From the human T2T-CHM13v2.0 reference genome, Homo sapiens, in the NCBI RefSeq assembly GCF_009914755.1, contig NC_060926.1: 64,000 nt of DNA. The stretch is one strand, 5' to 3'. Both the position numbers and the translations under genes were made by a program. Below, one piece after another: positions 55,570 to 64,000 of this stretch; the first letter of the stretch is position 1; every line of letters begins with the position of its first letter. Below the pieces are notes generated by a model. It ran no database searches. It was given only the letters and a program-made list of their open reading frames with translations, and had not been told where the DNA came from.

Positions 55570-55730
55570 GTGATTCTAGGAAATAATATGTGACCATATT
55601 TTACTTACATACAAAAATTAGAACTAGAATGGTGGAAGTGAAAAGCCCAACTTCATGAGATTTTAAGTGGAAGAGCTGAAGCCAAGTCGTAACCTATCTT
55701 GATCCAGAGTTTAAGCTTTTGTTCACTATC
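55570..55730 (-). mobile_element. MIR SINE (diverged)
   Basis: 'taagtggaagagctgaagccaag...tcttgatccagag'. Confidence 0.45.
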
Positions 55731-56239
55731 TTGGCTGAGTATAGACACATGAGGCTTATGTGAGTGAAAGAGAATTTTTATTCAATAGAATGTGAATACA
55801 AAGATTAAAAATACTCTTCACAATTCTAGAAGAAAACAGATATTTTTAATCTCAGTCTTAGAAAATGTGTCATGTTGAAAGTATTGTGCTATCTTTCCTC
55901 TCACTGTCACATTTTTCTCCATTTACAACACCATTATCCACTTGGTATTTATCCATGAGGCAACCAATAGTCTAGCCCTGCTTTACCGTCGTTTCACACT
56001 TACCTGTAGCACAGTCAAGAACATTGTGGAGAGAAAGAATCTCGTTTTCATTTTACTCCATTCAAAACTAAATTCTGAACTACGGATTTCTTTCTCTACT
56101 GTCATGTTTTATTTTCAATTAAATTAGTTTTCTTGCTATTGAAAATACTAAGGTCTCTTTGGCATTAAAACGCTCTTAATAACTGGCTGTCAGCAGAATG
56201 AAATGGGAATGAGGATCTGAGGAACTGAACCCAACTACC

Positions 56240-56742
<503 letters not shown>

Positions 56743-57485
56743 GAGCAAGGGACTGTTAAAAGATAAAGAGTTTTTAACAGAGAAGCTGAGAATGCTATCT
56801 CATCGTGGATATTTGAAGAGGGCTAAAGCTTTGGGAAGAGATTAGGGGATCACATGAATGTCCTGATATGCACAGTCCATTCTACAACCATGAAGATTTA
56901 CTTAACTTTTCGAGTTGCAGTCGTCTTACCTGAGAAGGAGACCTTCAAATATGGGACAAGAGGAGCCATTAAATGAAGGTGATGATTCAGGTGCTTATGG
57001 ACATCTTTAAGAAAGGGAACAGAGCTGTTGATAACTGAAGTGAAGACATTAATTAGGCAGATATAGTGTACAGACCAGTGAAATGCACAGTGGGAAAATA
57101 TAGGGTCAGTTCAGTAGCTTAAATAATAAGTAGTCCCTTTATACTACATAACTCCATAGAAAGGTAATCTAATTTCTATCCTCAAGTGGATAAATGGTAG
57201 TGAGCTTAGATAATGATCTTGAAAAAATATATACAATTTTTCACTTACTATTTATTTTAGAGGTATTCAAAATTAAAATGTGTGCTCATGTTTTCAGTTA
57301 ACAATATAATATCTAATAAGTGAGACTTATTAGCAATAATTATTTTTAAAATATGTTTTTATATTTTTAAAAAATATTTTTAATAACTCATTTAAAAACA
57401 ATTTTTAATAGAAATTAAGACATTTTCTGATGAAAGAGAAATAAAAGAATTTGTCACCAGCAGAGCTATCCCTAAAAAATGGCTA

Positions 57486-57782
<297 letters not shown>

Positions 57783-58119
57783 GGCTAAATAATGTTATCT
57801 AAACAAACAAACAAAACCCCAAAAAACTATAAAAGAAGAAATCTTGGAACATCAGAAGAGAGAAAAGAACATGGTATGCAAATATATAAGTAAATACAAC
57901 AGGCTTTCCTTTTCCTCTTGAATTTTCCAAACTATGTTTGATGGTTGAATCAAAAAATTATAAGACTGGTATGGTTTTAAATATACACAAAAGAAATATT
58001 TGATATCATTGCATTATGTGTGAGAGGGAGAGGATAAGCAATGTAAAAGGAGGTAAAGTTTCTATACTTCATTCAAACAGGTAAAATGATGACATAAGTA
58101 GACTATGATAAGTTATATA

Positions 58120-58686
58120 TGTGAACCCAAAATATCTGAGACAGATCTCAGTCAATTTAGAAAGTTTACTTTGCCAGTTTAAGGATGTACCCATGACACA
58201 GCCTCAGGAGGTCCTGATGGCATGTACCCAAGGTGGTAGGACTACAGCTTGCTTTTATACACTTTAGTGAAACATAATACATTAATCAATACATGTAAGA
58301 TTTACATTGGTTTGATCTGGAAGGGTGAGACAACCTGAAGTGAAGGGCTTCCATGTCATAGGCAGATTTGAACATATTCTGATTGGCAATTGGTTGAAAG
58401 AGTTATTATCTGTAGAAAGGAATGTCTGGGTTGAGAAGATCTAGGTTTTGTCATGCAAATGAAGCTCCCAAGAAGGAGGCTTTAGAGAGAATGGACTGTA
58501 AATGTTTCTTATCATACTTAAGGTTTGTGTTAATGATAATGCTGGAGGGGTATAATGGGGCACACCCAACCAACCCCCACATCCCATCATGGCCTGAACC
58601 AGTCTTTTGAGTTAAATTTTAGGGTGCCCTGGATGAGGAGGGAGTTAATTCAAATGGTTTTGGGGGGGGGTTGAATTTTATTTTTG

Positions 58687-58693
<7 letters not shown>
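58120..58693 (-). mobile_element. MER4B-like (ERV1) solo LTR
   Basis: 'tgtgaacccaaaatatctgagacag...cctcaggaggtcctga...tttttggtttaca'; TSD tata, extended to (TA)n on the right. Confidence 0.9.
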
Positions 58694-58727
<34 letters not shown>

Positions 58728-58949
58728 GTAAAACCTAAAGTAACCACTGAAAAAGCTGTACAGAGAGATATACTCAAAACCCCTTTAAATAAATCAAAAT
58801 GAATTCTAAAAAAAGTTTAAATAACCCATAAGAAAGCAGAAAAAATAGGTAGGGAAATGAAAGCAGAGAGAATAATATAAAATTTTTAAAAGAAGACTTA
58901 TCTTCTAGCATATGAATAATTACATTATATACAAATGGTCTAAACAGAC

Positions 58950-59095
58950 TGTGTTAGGCTGAATAATGCCCCCCACCCAGCTTTAAGATGTTCATGTCTC
59001 AAATCCTGAAAATGAAATATTTTAGGTTATAAGACAAAGGAGACTTAAGATTGCAAGTGGTAGTAAAGTTGTCAATTAAGTGACTTTAAAATAGA
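58950..59095 (+). mobile_element. MLT1D/E-like LTR, 5' part only
   Basis: 'tgtgttaggctgaataatgcccccc...ttaagattgcaagtgg...gactttaaaatag'. Confidence 0.65.
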
Positions 59096-59105
59096 AACAC
59101 CAGGA

Positions 59106-59981
59106 GGGAGAGTCAAGATGGACAACTGGATGCAGCCAGGAAGAGCTCCTCCCACTGAGAGAGATAGGACCATCAAGTAGACCAGCACACAAAGTGGGAG
59201 ATCCAAATAGGTCTTCAGAAAGAAAGCACTGAGAGTGGGCAGAAGAAGGATGTAGACCCTGGGCTGAAACGGAAGGAAGGTGGGAATCCAGCATAAGGTT
59301 GCCAAGCACCAGAACTCATTTCTGGCCCTGAATGGCTCCTAGGGAAGGGGCGAGTGAAATAGGTGTGGGACAGCCCACACCTCTGTACCTCTGGGATCCT
59401 AGATTCAGGAGACCACATGACCCCCATGGATGTGTGAGCTGGCACGAAGAACTGCCCAGAGAGTTGGCAGAGACAGAATTCCAGCCTGCATGGAGACCAG
59501 AGGGTCAGGCACGGAAGTGGCTGCAATGAAACGTGGCACATGGGTGCCCATCCCCCAAGGCTCACCATACTCTTCTAGGTAGCCCTAGCCAGTTTGGCTG
59601 CTTGACCTGGACAGAGCAGGGCAGAAGCAAGACCCAGTGGTATGCTGTCATCAAGAGACCCATCTGACATGCAATGACACCCATAAGCTCAAAGTAAAGT
59701 GATGGAGTAAGATCTATCAGGCAAACAGAAAACAAAGTGCAGAGATTGCTCTTCTTATTTCAGATTAAACAGACCTCAAAACAACAATATTCAAAAAAGA
59801 CAAAGAAAGGCGTTATGTAATGATAAAGGATGCAGTTCAACAAGAAGACATAGCTATCCTAAATATATATACACCTAACACTGGAGTACTCAGATTCATA
59901 AAATGAGTTTTGTAGAGACCTATGAAGGGACTTAGATAATCACACAATAATAGTGGGGGATTATTGAGCTCTCCATTGTCA
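59106..59981 (+). mobile_element. L1PA16-like 5'UTR fused to an ORF2 endonuclease fragment
   Basis: 59106-59624 is homologous to the reverse complement of ~16600-17100; 59625-59981 is ORF2 EN 'aagcaagacccagtggtatgctgtcatcaagagacccatc'. Confidence 0.85.
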
Positions 59982-61789
59982 TTGAGCTCCCACCTCAAGA
60001 TCCTAGAGAAAGAAGAACAAAATAAACCCAAAGCAAATGGATCAACAGCATTTAAAAACCTCTAGCAAGACTGGAAAAAAAAAATGAAAGAGAAAACACA
60101 AATTACAGGTATTGGGAAGGAAACAGGGATATAACCACAGACCCTTTTAATGTAGACATTAACATGACGATAAGAAAATACAAACAACTCTATACATGTA
60201 AACTTGATAATTTAGTTGAACAATTTCTCAAAATTATAAACTACTATAACTTACCTAATATGAAATTCATTTGAAAATTTCTATAAATATTAAGAAAATT
60301 GAATTAATAATACAAAGTAAACTTCCAAAAAAGAAACTTTAAAACCTAAGTGGTTTCATTGGAGAATTCTATCAAAAATTTAAAAGAATTAGCACAAGTT
60401 CTATATAATTTATTTCAAGAAATATAAGAGAAATGAACATTTTCTAATTATTTTTATGAATCTAGTATTATCCTGGTAAAAACAAATATAATGAAAATTA
60501 CAATTACAAACTAATAAACCTCATAAAGAAGAAATGGAAAATTCCTTATCAAAATGTAATCAAATAGAATGGATAATATATAAAAAGAGTTAAACACCAT
60601 CGCAAATTGGGGATTATTATACTGATACAGATCTGGCTCAATTTTTGAAAATCAATCAATATAATTCACTAGTTAACAGTCAACTAAAGACAAATCACAT
60701 AATCATATATATCTATACAGAAAAAGTATTTCACAACATTTAAAACATATTCATGATAAAGACTTCCAGAAAGATAGGGATAGAGAGTAACTTATTTAAC
60801 TCCTAAACAGCATCTACAGATAATCTACAGCTAACATGGTATTTAAAGTTGAAAAATAGAATACTCTCTAACATTGGAAATAAAGTTATAGTGTCTCTTC
60901 TTTTCATCCTTACTCAACATAGTGCTGGAAATTCTAGCCAGTGCAACAAAGGAAGAAAGGGCAGGGCTAGGAGCAGGGGAGGAAAATATACATATGAGAA
61001 ATGAAGAAATAAAACTGTTTTGATTTCAAGATGACATGATTTTTCTATGTAGAAAATTCCACACATCTTCAAAAAACCTCCCAGAATCATTAAGTTCAAC
61101 AAATCCACAAGCTATGAAGCTGACTTACAAAAATAAACTGTATTTCTTTTATATGCTAGCAATGAACAATTGGATAGTGAAATTAAAAATATCATTTACA
61201 ATTACTCAAAAAATGAATTAGCTATAAATCTAATAAAATACGCACAGGGTCTACATCTTGAAAATTACAAATTATGATGAAATAAATTAAAGAACTAGAT
61301 AAATGAAAACACCATGTTTGTGGATCAGAAGACTCAAAGATATCAATTATCTCCAAATTAATATACATAATTTATGCATAATGTGCATAATTTATGCAGT
61401 TCCTATAAAATTTAAAAATGTTGACAAGGTTGTGAAGAAACTCCTCATCGCTGGTGAGAATGCAGAAATGGTACTGCCACTCTAGAAAGCAGTTTAGCAG
61501 TTTTCAACAAGACTAAACATGCAACTACCATGTAACCCATCAATTTTACTCCTGGCCATTTATCCCAGAGAAATAAAAACTCATGTTCACACACAGTCCT
61601 TATAGGAATGTTTGTAGCAGTTTTATTAATAATAACTAAAAAGTGAAAACAACCCAGATATTCCTCAGTGGGTGACTGATTAAGCAAACTGTTTACATTC
61701 ATACTATGAAATACGGAATCTCTCTGTATTATTTCTTACAATTGTACAAGAATCTACAATTATCTCAAAGTAAGTATTCTTACAATTTT

Positions 61790-62716
61790 TTGTAGGTCTC
61801 TATCATTCTTTTATTTTCTTTAACATATGGAATATAATTATAATAACTTGTAATGTCCTTTTCTATTTATTCTTTCATTTTTTTCATTTTTTTGATTGAT
61901 TTTTCTAGGCATTATAGATCAATTACTTTTTACATATCTTTTTTTTAATTGAATTGTAGATATGGTGAACTTTACCATTTTGTGTGCTGGATATTTTTGT
62001 ATTCTTATAAATATTTTTTGGCTGTGTTCTGGGATACATTTAAGTTACATGTAAATAACTTAATCTTTTGACATTTGCTTTAATATTTTGTCAGATGGAA
62101 TTAGAGCCACCTTTCTTCTAGTGCTAATTTTGCCCTTATCCTTAGGCAATACTCTTCTGAATCCTCTACCGCTAGTATCAAGAATTGTGTTGTTATTCTA
62201 CCTCGGCTGATGGGGACACCAACTATTCTGGCCTGTTGTGATCTCTGGCTATTGTTCTCACAAATCTTTTTTGACTGTTCCTTCCCCCGACTCCACTCCA
62301 GCCTTAGGCAGTTTTGCTCATAGGCACACATTTAGCAGTACTCAGCTGAAGATTAAAGGGCAAAACAATGTGGATTTTTGGCGCTCTCCTCTGTGCAATT
62401 CTCTTTGTTCAAGTACTTTCACCTGCAGTCTCTAGACAGCTTGATCTCCTTGGCTAGCCAACTCTATCTCCCCAGCTCATGGAATCCACTGGACTCAGCC
62501 TGCTTCACCTCATACCCCATGCTGTGGCCTGAAAGTCAGCTGGGGCAATTATAGGGCACATCTTTCTTCCTCTCTCTCTCAGTGATCTTGTGCTGCTCTG
62601 CCTGATATCGGTGTCTGAAAATCGTTGTTTTGTATATTTTGTCCGGATTTATTTTCTTGTTTCAAAAAAGAGGATAAATCTAGTTCCTATTACTCCATCT
62701 TAGCCTGAAGTGGAAA
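61790..62716 (-). mobile_element. old L1ME 5' end
   Basis: 'aagtcagctggggcaattatagggc' and 'gataaatctagttcctattactccatcttagcctgaagtggaa'. Confidence 0.7.
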
Positions 62717-63021
62717 TAATTTCTCACTCTATTTTTCAGCCTAAGTTTTTATATGTGGATAGAGTATGTAGCAGAGTCAGAGAGTAGAAAAAATTACAGG
62801 GAGAGTAACATATCACTCCCTCAGTGTTCTCCTTTCAACTTCTGTATCCCCAGATACTATCAAAGACATCTGGGTCAAACCACATTGATTGCTGGTTGTC
62901 TCTCCTTAATCAAGTCCTACATTATCTAGATCCTATTCTGTAGACTCAGCTGAAGAGAAAGAATAGTGTAGGTTCCCCCTTGCCCTGCACTCATGCTTTA
63001 ACATACTAAAGTGCTTTACGG

Positions 63022-63872
63022 TGTCAATAAAAAGAGTCAAATTCTAAAATATTTGAGGAGATTTATTCTGAGCCAAATGTGAGGACAATAACCCATGGAA
63101 CCACCTCAGGAGGTCCTGAGAACAGGTGCTTAAGGGGGTCAGGCTACAGCTTGGTTTTATATGTTTCAGGGAGACATAAGTCATCAGTCAATCCATGTAA
63201 GCTGTACATTGGTTCAGTCTGCAAAGGCAGGACAACTCAAGAGTGGGGGCTTCCAGGTCATAGGCTGATTCAAAGATTTTCTAATTGGCAATTGGTTGAA
63301 AGAATTAAGTTATCATCTAAGAACTTGGAATCAATAGAAAAGAGTACCTGGGTTGAGATAAGGGTTGTAGAGACCAAGGCTTTTATCACGCAGATGAAGC
63401 TTTCAGGTAGCAGGCTTCAGAGAGAATACATTACAAGTGCTTTTTTTTTTTTTTTAATCAGACTTTATAAGATGCCAGACTCTTAGTTAATTCTCTCCTG
63501 GATCAGGAAAAAGACCTGGAAAGGGAAGGGGACTCTAAACAATGTAGACTTTCCCCAAGAGACAGCTTTGTAGGGCCATTTCAAAATATGCCAAAGAAAT
63601 ATATTTTGGATTAAAATAATTTCTTTCAGGGCCTGCTATTGGTATTTTATTGCTAGAAAGGGTCTGTTTTGTCAGTCTTAGGTCTCTGTTTTAATGTTAA
63701 TGATGGCCAGTTGTGCCTGAATTCCAAATGGAGCAGGATATAATGAGGTCTGTCTCAGCTCTTCTTCCCATCATGGCCTGAACTAGTTTTTCAGGTCAAC
63801 TCTGGAATGCCCTTAAGAGAAGAGGGGTCCATTCAGTTGGCTGGGGGCTTAGAATTTTATTTTTGGTCTACA
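63022..63872 (-). mobile_element. MER4D/E-like (ERV1) solo LTR
   Basis: 'tgtcaataaaaagagtcaaattc...gagatttattctgagccaaat...agaattttatttttggtctaca'; TG..CA ends. Confidence 0.9.
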
Positions 63873-64000
63873 GTGGAGCCCTAAAATCAACAAAATCAAC
63901 ATTTTCCATGGAATATTTTACAGGAATGGTATTCTGGGAATTGGATGATGGAAAAAACAGTAGTAATGATACAGCTCCGATGAGTGGAGAACACTAGGTT

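Noticed and set aside
61366-61398. cataatttatgca repeated twice
   Set aside because: Ordinary 20-bp tandem duplication in an old L1; no further structure
63079-63486. 135-aa ORF
   Set aside because: Lies wholly within the MER4D/E LTR, antisense to it; no gag, pol or env similarity

Overview
This is AT-rich, repeat-dense primate (human-like) non-coding DNA, either intergenic or deep intronic. I found no recognisable protein-coding gene, processed pseudogene, rRNA/tRNA, CpG island or CRISPR array. Most ORFs in the track are Alu, L1, LTR or simple-repeat read-throughs. By eye, well over half the window is interspersed repeat: 16 Alu copies (J, S, Y), many L1 fragments (L1PA to L1ME), MaLR LTRs (THE1B, THE1D, MLT1), ERVL LTRs (MLT2, LTR33, LTR16, MER21), ERV1 MER4-group solo LTRs, DNA transposons (MER2, MER5, Charlie), and MIR/L2 relics. 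Subfamily names come from recalled consensus diagnostics and need RepeatMasker/Dfam confirmation. The most notable structures are: a ~1.4 kb nearly pure-AT compound minisatellite with a 35-bp core; an L1 with two tandem 5' ends and a deletion-inversion cutting through an Alu; a twin-primed L1 splitting a MER2; an L1 5'UTR fused directly to ORF2; several small templated-repair scars; and a weakly supported pair of minus-strand exons. I found no convincing evidence of a novel biological system.
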